This document shows positions 18,457-26,522 of a DNA stretch of 64,000 nt, in pieces. The stretch comes from Klebsiella phage KMI7, in the sequence record MN101221.1. One strand, written 5' to 3'. The notes below the pieces were generated by a model. The model did no database searches. It saw only the letters and a program-made list of their open reading frames with translations, and was not told the origin of the DNA. Every line of letters starts with the position of its first letter. Positions within the stretch are counted from its first letter, which is position 1. Made by a program: the position numbers and the translations under genes.

Positions 18457-18720
18457 TTACGCCTTATCGATCATATCATACAGTTCGATCAGTTCGTTGT
18501 TTTCTTCTTCGAAAGCGGTACGGGCCTGTTCGTGATACAGTTTGAACAGTTTCCCGAAGGTTTTTCCGTCGATACCGAAATCAGTTTTTGCTTTGGATTT
18601 GATATCCTTGAAAGTACCGTTGAAGATCTCAACTTGAGTTTTCACGTTGGATGCTTCTTTGATCAGTTCTTTTACCTGTTTTGCTACATCAGGGTTTGTT
18701 TGTAAAAATTCTACACTCAT
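18457..18720 (-). CDS. dsbA: DsbA-like double-stranded DNA-binding protein (putative)
   Basis: 87 aa. Position between 33 and rnh as in T4. Size matches T4 DsbA (89 aa). Confidence 0.55.
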   Translation of the reverse strand: MSVEFLQTNPDVAKQVKELIKEASNVKTQVEIFNGTFKDIKSKAKTDFGIDGKTFGKLFKLYHEQARTAFEEENNELIELYDMIDKA

Positions 18721-18729
18721 TTTGTTACC

Positions 18730-19665
18730 TCAAAAATCACTTAGTTTTTCGAACATACGGGAAAGTTTGTTATCCATGAAGTAACGTTCCATTTTGGCTT
18801 TACTTCCGGATTTTGGAGTATTATACGCTTCAATAATCGAATTTTCAATATCTTTTGGTATAAATTCGAAATCACGTAGTTCCTCGTTTTCTTTGTAACG
18901 TGCGGCCCATTCAGGGGTCATCAACGTTGTCGGGTCGTCTGCCTCTAGCCATGCCTCTAACTCAGAGGATTTTACCGCTGGGGCGCGTTCACCTTCAACT
19001 TTCGTCACAATATAATCATTTCTGATTTTAATGCAAGCGATACTATCTTTTTTATCGCCTTTGATATTTTTGTATCGCAGATCGTTACGTGGTGAACCGT
19101 ACTTAGGCGTTACCCATTTTTTCTGGGGAGGCGACCATTGACGAACACCGTTATATTTTTGTAGTTGTGTAAAGTCGCTATCAGCGGAAACCACTAATAC
19201 TCGTCTACCTTCACCAACAGCCTTTTTCGTAACAACAGCAATTATATCATCAGCTTCCGCGAATTCAACCTTTAATCCGAGATAAGGCATATTCTGACGG
19301 ATTTCTTCGAACACCGGATTCAGGAAGTTGTTCAGACGATCCCAATCCCATTCTGATTCTTCGTGTTCGATCTGACGACGTTTTTTGTAGTACCAGGCTT
19401 TTTGCCTACGCCAGTAATTTCTGTCATCGAAGGCAATCACGATTTCTGGATACTCGCCTTTAAATTTTACAACGTTAAACCTTAAAGTGTCAAGCACCAG
19501 ATGACGAATCATTTCGATCGTGATGGATGCTTGTTCCTTTGGTTTGAAGTTATTCATCAGTGTAGCGATGGAAATGTTAGAGATATCGATGACCATAGTA
19601 TCATCGGGTTCCCCTTCATCTTGCATCAGCTTGTTCAAGTTAAACATGCTTGCAAAGCTGCTCAT
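18730..19665 (-). CDS. rnh: RNase H (FEN-family 5'-3' exonuclease)
   Basis: 311 aa. Collinear with T4 RNase H (ADDIIAV, SSDSDFTQL, GDKKD, TRVEGER). Confidence 0.9.
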   Translation of the reverse strand: MSSFASMFNLNKLMQDEGEPDDTMVIDISNISIATLMNNFKPKEQASITIEMIRHLVLDTLRFNVVKFKGEYPEIVIAFDDRNYWRRQKAWYYKKRRQIEHEESEWDWDRLNNFLNPVFEEIRQNMPYLGLKVEFAEADDIIAVVTKKAVGEGRRVLVVSADSDFTQLQKYNGVRQWSPPQKKWVTPKYGSPRNDLRYKNIKGDKKDSIACIKIRNDYIVTKVEGERAPAVKSSELEAWLEADDPTTLMTPEWAARYKENEELRDFEFIPKDIENSIIEAYNTPKSGSKAKMERYFMDNKLSRMFEKLSDF

Positions 19666-19969
19666 ACATACCTCAATTTTTCAAAGAACGGGGTTATTGT
19701 AGTAACTTACGAAATGAAGTCAATACAAAAGATCATAAAATTTTTGATCAATAATACTTGATTTGATCAAATTTATGATCTATAATTTATTAATTAATAA
19801 TTATTTTACTACAATGATCATTGTAGGTCAAGTACTAAAATCAATAAATTTTATATAATTTAGATCTGATCTATAGATCATTAGATCTACTTTAACCTTA
19901 AATAATATAGAATGAAATTTGATTTTGTCTACAGTTATTATATAATATTCTTAACTTCAAAGAGGAAAT
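19666..19969. promoter_or_regulatory. AT-rich divergent intergenic region with clustered GATC sites and early promoters
   Basis: About 85% AT, yet about 9 GATC in 180 bp, including AGATCT palindromes. Lies between rnh (-) and gene 55 (+). Confidence 0.6.
19758..19786 (+). promoter_or_regulatory. sigma70-type promoter (TTGATT-17-TATAAT)
   Basis: -35 TTGATT, 17-nt spacer, -10 TATAAT. GATC abuts the -10 (TGATCTATAAT). Points toward gene 55. Confidence 0.5.
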
Positions 19970-20497
19970 ATGAATACTATGACTAAAGAAACAACCAATA
20001 TCTACGCAGACAATGAAAAATTATACCCTATCCTCTGTGCATGGAAAAAGCAAATCGCCGAAACAGGTGATCGCAAAATGCCTAATGAGTTGGGGGCTGC
20101 TATTATGGATATTGCAAACGGGCTATCACGTCGTTACAACTTCAACCGTTATTCCGAAGATTGGAAAATGGATATGATTGATGACGGAATTTCCGCTGCA
20201 ATCTCAGGACTGCATAACTTCGATGAAACTCGTTATACCAACGTTTACGGTTACATTAACAAAGCATGTTGGCAAGCATTCGTAACACGTATTCTGTACG
20301 AGAAAAAAGAGAACGCGAAGAAATATAAATTCTTCCTTGAGCACGTTTACGACTGCGAAGATTCAGATATGGTTAGTATTGCAGACGAAGGTTTCATTCA
20401 AGATCTACATGACAAACTATCTCAGTACGAGGCTTCCGCCACCAAAACCAAAGACAAGGAAGCGGAAGTATTCCCAACATTGGAAGATTTTCTATGA
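19970..20497 (+). CDS. 55: late sigma factor gp55
   Basis: 175 aa. Collinear with T4 gp55 (KGLHNFDETRYTN, ACW.AFV.RI). SD AGAGGAAA. Confidence 0.88.
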   Translation: MNTMTKETTNIYADNEKLYPILCAWKKQIAETGDRKMPNELGAAIMDIANGLSRRYNFNRYSEDWKMDMIDDGISAAISGLHNFDETRYTNVYGYINKACWQAFVTRILYEKKENAKKYKFFLEHVYDCEDSDMVSIADEGFIQDLHDKLSQYEASATKTKDKEAEVFPTLEDFL

Positions 20498-20709
20498 AAG
20501 CAATAATTGACTTAAACAAAATATTAACTGATATCGATTACGAAATTGACTTGCTACCCTACTTCGTAAAATTAGAGTTGCAAAACGTGGGAATCCCGGT
20601 TATCATCGATCCAACTGACGTAAGAAACCCCGATTTCGAAGTAGAAGAAGGGGTTTTGTCTTATATGATAAACGCCGAAACTATGATCATGGAGATCACT
20701 TATGATTGA
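20494..20709 (+). CDS. hypothetical protein (71 aa)
   Basis: ORF overlapping the gene-55 stop by 4 nt (coupling). Confidence 0.45.
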   Translation: MKAIIDLNKILTDIDYEIDLLPYFVKLELQNVGIPVIIDPTDVRNPDFEVEEGVLSYMINAETMIMEITYD

Positions 20710-21028
20710 TGAAGAGAAAGAAGTACTAACCAGTGTGGAAGAAGTGGATCCAGAAGAGGAAATTCAACAAAAGATCCAGGCACGTGTAGAAGCCGACGCA
20801 TTGAAGCGAGCACAAAAATTCATTAAGAAGAACCGGACTGAGATCAAACGCCTCCGTAGACACGCAGAGGAAGCCCTATTCAGGGGTAATAAAGTTCAGT
20901 ATGTGTATGCGGTTAAGAAACTTCGTGATATGCTCAAACAGCCGTATACAGAGGATTTCATTGATACGATGTGGAACACTTCACTAGCATCAATTCGAAA
21001 TATCGTAGCTTCACAACAGAAGCAATAA
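20702..21028 (+). CDS. hypothetical protein (108 aa), charged/coiled
   Basis: ORF. Followed by hairpin 21037-21056. Confidence 0.45.
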   Translation: MIDEEKEVLTSVEEVDPEEEIQQKIQARVEADALKRAQKFIKKNRTEIKRLRRHAEEALFRGNKVQYVYAVKKLRDMLKQPYTEDFIDTMWNTSLASIRNIVASQQKQ

Positions 21029-21036
21029 CAAACAAG

Positions 21037-21056
21037 TAGCCCCGAAAGGGGCTATG
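21037..21056 (+). other. GC hairpin upstream of gene 47 (GTAGCCCC-GAAA-GGGGCTAT)
   Basis: Perfect 8-bp stem directly before the gp47 SD. Confidence 0.45.
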
Positions 21057-21064
21057 AGGGTCTT

Positions 21065-22111
21065 ATGAGAAAGTACTTAATGATCGGGGATACTCACGCT
21101 GGCTTGCGTCAGGACAACCCCTGGAATGAAGAAAACCTATACAATGTATTCGTACAAATCGTAGAACACTGCAAAGCAAACGGCATTACCGAGGCTTTCC
21201 ATGCTGGTGATTTCTTTGATGTGCGCAAGGCCACCACACAAACCACGATGAAATTCATTCGTGAACGTATTGTGCCACTACTGGAAGAAGCCGGATTACA
21301 TATCTATGTTCTGGTTGGGAACCACGATTGCCAGTTTAAAGACAAGATCCGCCCTAACTCACCGCGAGAGATTCTTGATCAGTATGATTGCTTCACGGTT
21401 GTTGATGAACCGATGACAGTAAATCTTGATACTTCTCCGCTGCAATCAATAGATTTGATCCCGTGGATTTGTCAAGAAAACACACAACAGATTTTTGATT
21501 TCATCAAAAAGTCAAAATCTCAATACTGCTTAGGACACTTTGAACTGTCCGGATACTATTTCTATAAGAACAGTAAAGCGGATCATGGGCTTGAACCTGA
21601 TTTCTTAAAGAAATATGATATCGTGTATTCAGGCCACTATCATCACGCTAACGAAGGCGCTAACGTTTTCTATATCGGTACACCTCTTACCATGAGTGCG
21701 AACGATGAGGACGAAACCAGGGGCTTCTATGAGCTATCTTATGGCGACGGTAAACGTGAATTAACTTTCATTGCTAACCCAGTATGCCACCATCGCCGGA
21801 TCACCTATCCGGATCAAAAAGATGTTGATGTTGCAGATTACAAAAATTGCTCTGTTCGCTTGATTGTACGCGAAGTTGATAACGATTTGCCTAAGTTTCA
21901 AACAAAACTGGAAGAAACAGTTTATGAGTTGAACATTGTCGATCGCGTGATCACTGATTCAGAAGTCGATACTGATTTTGAAATCAAAAGTGTATCTGGA
22001 TTGATTAGTGAGTACATCAACAACATGCAGATCACTCCAGAAGAAAAGACCGAAGTATCTGCAATAATGAGTGCATTGTATGCAGAGGTTACGAGCAATG
22101 GAAATAGTTGA
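21065..22111 (+). CDS. 47: recombination nuclease subunit gp47 (Mre11-like)
   Basis: 348 aa. Phosphoesterase motifs GDTH, GDFFD, GNHD, GHFE, GHYH. Collinear with T4 gp47. Confidence 0.9.
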   Translation: MRKYLMIGDTHAGLRQDNPWNEENLYNVFVQIVEHCKANGITEAFHAGDFFDVRKATTQTTMKFIRERIVPLLEEAGLHIYVLVGNHDCQFKDKIRPNSPREILDQYDCFTVVDEPMTVNLDTSPLQSIDLIPWICQENTQQIFDFIKKSKSQYCLGHFELSGYYFYKNSKADHGLEPDFLKKYDIVYSGHYHHANEGANVFYIGTPLTMSANDEDETRGFYELSYGDGKRELTFIANPVCHHRRITYPDQKDVDVADYKNCSVRLIVREVDNDLPKFQTKLEETVYELNIVDRVITDSEVDTDFEIKSVSGLISEYINNMQITPEEKTEVSAIMSALYAEVTSNGNS

Positions 22112-22385
22112 TTACGTTAATATTTTAAACGAAGAAGGGCGATATAAAGCCCTTTATAAAATGTTTGGATTTGATGTGATTGTTGCAGTACAGCAGGATT
22201 CCTATAATGAGTATGTGTCATTGGGGTTCACTCTGATTAAAGATAACTATCACGAAACAAAGGTTTGGACATTTACTGTCCTGAATAGCATGGATGAAGA
22301 TTCCGTGATATACTGCTTTGATAGCACGATTACAAACATGATTAGTGATATATCCCAAAGGATAATTGATGAAACTCAAATTTAA
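22098..22385 (+). CDS. hypothetical protein (about 95 aa)
   Basis: ORF between 47 and 46. Start set at MEIVDY with a GAGG SD. Overlaps the gp47 end. Confidence 0.4.
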   Translation: MEIVDYVNILNEEGRYKALYKMFGFDVIVAVQQDSYNEYVSLGFTLIKDNYHETKVWTFTVLNSMDEDSVIYCFDSTITNMISDISQRIIDETQI

Positions 22386-24060
22386 AACATTGACTTATCA
22401 AAATATCTTGTCGGTTGGTAACGTACCGATCGTCATTGATTTTGATTCAGCAAAGAAAACCCTCATTACGGGTAAAAACGGCGGTGGTAAATCCACCATG
22501 ATCGAAGCGCTTACATATGCTCTCTTTGGTAAGTCATTTCGCGATCTGAAAGTCGGACAACTGGTGAACAGTATCAACAAGAAAAAATGTCTGGTTGAAC
22601 TGTTGATCGAATACGGTAATGATGAATATAAAATCATCCGTGGACAAAAGCCGAAAGTATTTGAGATCTGGAAGAATGGCGAAAAACTGCCGGAAGATTC
22701 AGCCGCTGGTGATTATCAGTCACAGCTTGAATCAATGTTGAATATTAATCTGGTGGGCTTTAAACAGGTTATCGTTCTGGGTACTGCTGGTTATGTACCT
22801 TTCATGGAACTGAAAACACCAGATCGCCGTAAACTGGTTGAAGATTTGTTGTCTTTGTCTATCATCAGTGAAATGGACAAACTGAACAAATCATACATCC
22901 GTGGTGTTAACCGCGAACTGGATACGCTTTCAATGCAGATTGGACACGTACAACAGCAGATCGCAACACATCAAAAGTTCATTGACGAACAACGGGCAAA
23001 AGCAAATCAGAATACGGCGCGTTACCAGGATATCTACGATTCCCACGTAGAAACAGCAAAACAGATTAAAGCGCAATTAGTTGAACTTCAAACCCAGATC
23101 GCAGAATGTGTGATCAATGGTGAAGACCAAACAGCAAATATTCAAAAACTGCGTGATGGCTATACACGCCTCTCAATGAACGTAGAACAGTTGCAGCGTC
23201 TTGAGGTGATGTATCGCAAGGGTGGTGAATGTCCGGCCTGTAAACAGCCAATTAGCCCCACTCCTGAACGCATGGAAGAGATTGCCGAGAATATTAAAAA
23301 CGGTACTCAGAAACTTACGCTGATTAAGAACAAGCAAGATCAGCTACAGAAAATCATGGATGATTTACTAACACAACAACGTACACTAAATGGGCTGAAA
23401 TCCAAATACGAATCACTACGCGGTACACTTCAAAACGAAGTTGCAGCGGCTAAACGTGTTCGGGCTGTCATGGATAAAGCACAGGAAGACGTGGTGATCG
23501 ACGAATCCCCAGTTGAAAAACTCCGTGAAGATGAAAAGGAACTTGATTCTAAACGTTCTGGATTTGTCAAGGAAAAATATTTCAGAGGTATTGTTACGGA
23601 TCTGCTGAAAGATTCCGGCGTTAAAGCGAGCATCGTTAAACGTTATATTCCTTACTTCAATAAACAGATTGCGTACTATCTGGATCTGTTGGGTGCTGAT
23701 TATCAGTTCACTCTGGATGATGAATTTAACGAATCGATTAAATCGCTGGGTCGTAATGATTTTAGTTACGCATCGTTCAGTCAAGGAGAAAGAGCACGTA
23801 TCAACCTTGCTTTACTTTTCACCTGGCGCGATGTAACCAGTAAAATTTCTGGTGTTGATTTATCCCTTCTGATCCTGGATGAAGTGTACGATGGTGCAAT
23901 TGATCGTGATGGTAGTTTTGCTGTAAAAGCACTATTGGATGGGATAAATGGTAACGTAATTGTTATCAGTCATCAGGATTTGGATCCGGAAGATTTCGAC
24001 CGACATATTGTTATGTCAAAAGTCGGTCGATTCTCTAAAATGGAAGTTAAGAAGTCTTAA
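22369..24060 (+). CDS. 46: recombination ATPase gp46 (Rad50/SbcC-like)
   Basis: About 563 aa. Walker A GKNGGGKST, CPAC zinc hook, signature FSQGE, Walker B LILDE. Collinear with T4 gp46. ATG at 22369 after an AAAGGA SD. Confidence 0.9.
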   Translation: MKLKFKTLTYQNILSVGNVPIVIDFDSAKKTLITGKNGGGKSTMIEALTYALFGKSFRDLKVGQLVNSINKKKCLVELLIEYGNDEYKIIRGQKPKVFEIWKNGEKLPEDSAAGDYQSQLESMLNINLVGFKQVIVLGTAGYVPFMELKTPDRRKLVEDLLSLSIISEMDKLNKSYIRGVNRELDTLSMQIGHVQQQIATHQKFIDEQRAKANQNTARYQDIYDSHVETAKQIKAQLVELQTQIAECVINGEDQTANIQKLRDGYTRLSMNVEQLQRLEVMYRKGGECPACKQPISPTPERMEEIAENIKNGTQKLTLIKNKQDQLQKIMDDLLTQQRTLNGLKSKYESLRGTLQNEVAAAKRVRAVMDKAQEDVVIDESPVEKLREDEKELDSKRSGFVKEKYFRGIVTDLLKDSGVKASIVKRYIPYFNKQIAYYLDLLGADYQFTLDDEFNESIKSLGRNDFSYASFSQGERARINLALLFTWRDVTSKISGVDLSLLILDEVYDGAIDRDGSFAVKALLDGINGNVIVISHQDLDPEDFDRHIVMSKVGRFSKMEVKKS

Positions 24061-24772
24061 ACTTGCAGTTATCAAAATGCCAGCGATTCATATTGCTGGC
24101 ATCACCAGATTTATTGCAATATGGACAAATCAACTGCTTCCTTTTTGCTGGCGTCTTTCTATTTGGGTTATTTCTGCAATACGGTATATGTGAACGCAGA
24201 TAATGTAATGACGATTCTGTTCCGCAATATGGACAATTGCCCCGTTCTTTAGGTACGTTTCCGTTCTTATGGGAACACGGGATACCCTCGAACTTATGTT
24301 TCAACCCTTCATTACCTGGTTTCAGTTTGCAGTTGTCGAAGTGCCAACGAGTCATATTTCCAATTATACCTGATTTTCCGCAATGAGGACACACAACCCT
24401 TTCTTGTTGCTTTTTGGCTTTACTCATTCGCTGTCTGGTTTCTTCGGTGAACTCTCTATTCCTATGTGCTTCTGACGCTTTTTTCTTTAACCATTCATAG
24501 CGGCGGTTAGCTGTTCTTTCCTTTGATCTATTGGAACCAACTGTTAACATATGCGCTGCAAAAACAAGTTTGTTATTTCCTGGGTACATCTTGACTAATA
24601 ACAGATGCGCAATATAATGTTGACGCGCTGTAAGATTAACCAAATTATCATCAGAATCTGTTCCACCTATGCACTTAGGTATGATATGGTGTGATTCTGT
24701 ATATCCATCATACTGCGTTTGTTTAGCATGTTCTATGATAGAGTTATAAATTTTGTTATAGTTCATAAACAT
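24047..24772 (-). CDS. HNH homing endonuclease with C-terminal zinc-finger repeats
   Basis: HNH core SHHIIPKCIGGTDSDDNLVNLTARQHYIAH. Three CPHCGK/CPYCG...WHFDNCK repeats. Convergent with gene 46 and overlaps it by 14 nt. Confidence 0.8.
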   Translation of the reverse strand: MFMNYNKIYNSIIEHAKQTQYDGYTESHHIIPKCIGGTDSDDNLVNLTARQHYIAHLLLVKMYPGNNKLVFAAHMLTVGSNRSKERTANRRYEWLKKKASEAHRNREFTEETRQRMSKAKKQQERVVCPHCGKSGIIGNMTRWHFDNCKLKPGNEGLKHKFEGIPCSHKNGNVPKERGNCPYCGTESSLHYLRSHIPYCRNNPNRKTPAKRKQLICPYCNKSGDASNMNRWHFDNCKFKTS

Positions 24773-24822
24773 ATCTCTTGTTTGATGGGCCGTTAGATAC
24801 CCCTATTTAAGAGGATGAAATT

Positions 24823-25017
24823 ATGTTATTAGAAAAATCTTTTGAATTAGAAACCGCTCTGGAAATAGAGCGGTTTTATCTCCACAACAATTTTCTTGAA
24901 GAAAAACATATAGTTACTATGAAAGATGTTGAGGAAGCATTCAAAAATAATCCTATAGAGTTGACGCGAATCAAGAACAACAAAAGTTCTGTTTGGTTCC
25001 TCGAAAAAATCTATTGA
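24823..25017 (+). CDS. hypothetical protein (64 aa)
   Basis: Small plus-strand ORF. Followed by hairpin/T-run terminator 25041-25075. Confidence 0.4.
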   Translation: MLLEKSFELETALEIERFYLHNNFLEEKHIVTMKDVEEAFKNNPIELTRIKNNKSSVWFLEKIY

Positions 25018-25040
25018 CCGAAATCCATAAATACAGTAAA

Positions 25041-25075
25041 GTAGCCCATGTAACGAAACGTGGGCTTTGTTTTTA
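25041..25075 (+). terminator. intrinsic terminator (hairpin plus T-run)
   Basis: agcccatgtaacgaaacgtgggct stem-loop followed by ttgtttttatt. Confidence 0.5.
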
Positions 25076-25090
25076 TTTGAGGAACAATAA

Positions 25091-25327
25091 ATGATCACCG
25101 AATCCAAAATGACTTATCAGGAAGCACTGAAAGTTTTGGGCGCAACTGGTAGCGAAACCAGCGCCGAAATGTCCAGACTCTTCAAACGTGCATCCTTACG
25201 CAATCACCCCGACCGTGGTGGTAGCAATGAATTAATGCAGAAAATTAACCAGGCTTACGACGTCGTTACAAAAACTGGGCCTAGTGGCGCACGTTCTGAG
25301 ACTGCTGGTGACGTTCGCGCACGTTAG
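25091..25327 (+). CDS. J-domain protein (DnaJ-like, HPD motif); Rki-like N-terminal module
   Basis: 78 aa. Helices I-III plus the HPDRGG loop give a canonical J-domain. SD GAGGAA. The frame stops right after helix III. Confidence 0.7.
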   Translation: MITESKMTYQEALKVLGATGSETSAEMSRLFKRASLRNHPDRGGSNELMQKINQAYDVVTKTGPSGARSETAGDVRAR

Positions 25328-25775
25328 CGGAAACGATATCTTTGTTGAAGTTGGTACACTGAAAGTTCGTTTCTATCGTCACGTGTTCATGCGCAAAGGT
25401 GCTTATGTGTTTAGCGCGGTGTATGATCCTGCTGTATCTAAGTATCGTCCGGCTGCACAACTTCGCGGAACCATGTTCGAAGACGAAGACGGCGCTTGCC
25501 TGGATATGATCGTTGATACGTTCAAAGAGTTGCAGAAACTGAAACCGAGTGTTCAAGGCGTTGTGAACGCGATCGATAAGATGAACGCAGAGTTTGCAGC
25601 GGGACATCGTTCAGCATCTTTTGTTAAACGTGTAGCTGCTCAGGAAGCCGCGCCGAAGCCAGAAGAGAAGCCAAAACGCACTGTTAATCGTATCGGTAAA
25701 GAGGCACTGGAAGAACGATATTCCAACATCACGGGGATCTTTTCCCCGTCCTTGACGTTGTTAATGATATCCTGA
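25284..25775 (+). other. +1-frame ORF continuing downstream of the J-domain gene (possible frameshifted C-terminal domain)
   Basis: 163-codon frame that is open from 25236 and overlaps the J-domain ORF's 3' end. Begins only at a GTG. J-domain plus this ORF would total about 228 aa. Confidence 0.35.
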
Positions 25776-25906
25776 TCGATGAGTTCAATCAGGTCTCTTT
25801 TCTCCTTGATCAAGGTAGAAATTTCTTCTTGCAGCGGGGCTATCTGTGCATGAAGTTCTTTGATCCGTTGATCAATTACGGTCACTTCGAACGCTAAGTT
25901 TCTCAT
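25640..25906 (-). CDS. hypothetical coiled-coil protein (about 88 aa)
   Basis: Start at MRNLAF with a GGGGA SD. ATGA-coupled to the upstream gene. Its 3' third is antisense to the plus ORF 25284..25775, so the two conflict. Confidence 0.4.
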   Translation of the reverse strand: MRNLAFEVTVIDQRIKELHAQIAPLQEEISTLIKEKRDLIELIDQDIINNVKDGEKIPVMLEYRSSSASLPIRLTVRFGFSSGFGAAS

Positions 25907-26049
25907 TGTACCCATTCCCCGTTTTTATCAATGTACATGATCCAATCAGCAACCGCCCAATGGGAAGTATTGCCTTTCGGAGTAGCTACGATGTAGGAAC
26001 CAGCTTTAAACAGTACGCGTTTAGTTTCGTTCAGGGTCAGGTCGCTCAT
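25903..26049 (-). CDS. small protein (48 aa)
   Basis: Start MSDLTL. Has the same 19-nt RBS-start sequence GAGGAATACATTATGAGCG as the upstream gene. Confidence 0.4.
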   Translation of the reverse strand: MSDLTLNETKRVLFKAGSYIVATPKGNTSHWAVADWIMYIDKNGEWVQ

Positions 26050-26059
26050 AATGTATTCC

Positions 26060-26455
26060 TCATTTAACCAAAGTGAATCGTGATTCATAAGCATCGTTCG
26101 GGCGCTCATACACGGTATCCGAACTTGTAATGACAGTGTACACGGTTTCTTTCACAAGATCCATGATTTTCTGTGATTCTCCCCAGACATTGATACTAAA
26201 ATAAATCCCATTTTTAGGAATAGGATTGTATTCCATATCATAATACATATCCATGAGTTCACAAATGAACAGGCGGCGCTGTTCGTTATCATATGTGAAA
26301 TAAATGTTAAAACAATCGAGAGATTTACTCAAAGTAATCTCTTTGATAACGATGTTGTCTTGTTTGCTAAAATGATCGCGGATTGCTTGCACACAACGCA
26401 ACAGGTTAGGGTAATCATATTTTTGTGAAACAATGACTTGATGTGAAACGCTCAT
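26060..26455 (-). CDS. hypothetical protein (131 aa)
   Basis: ORF with a GAGGAA SD. First gene after the bidirectional hairpin 26492-26522. Confidence 0.5.
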   Translation of the reverse strand: MSVSHQVIVSQKYDYPNLLRCVQAIRDHFSKQDNIVIKEITLSKSLDCFNIYFTYDNEQRRLFICELMDMYYDMEYNPIPKNGIYFSINVWGESQKIMDLVKETVYTVITSSDTVYERPNDAYESRFTLVK

Positions 26456-26491
26456 AATGTATTCCTCTCAATTAGATACACTCATAATAAA

Positions 26492-26522
26492 AAAGCCCCC
26501 GACCGAAGTCAAGGGCTTTTTG
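26492..26522. terminator. bidirectional intrinsic terminator
   Basis: aaaaagcccccgaccgaagtcaagggcttttt: an interrupted GC stem with a CGAA loop, flanked by an A-run and a T-run. Confidence 0.55.

Noticed and set aside
19666-19969. tRNA or other structured ncRNA genes in the large intergenic regions
   Set aside because: Both long non-coding regions are about 85% AT with no GC-rich cloverleaf-compatible segments. No tRNA-sized conserved structure is evident by eye.
25281-25607. 108-aa minus-strand ORF overlapping the J-domain gene
   Set aside because: Antisense to a canonical J-domain. Cys/His-rich low-complexity translation. No SD.
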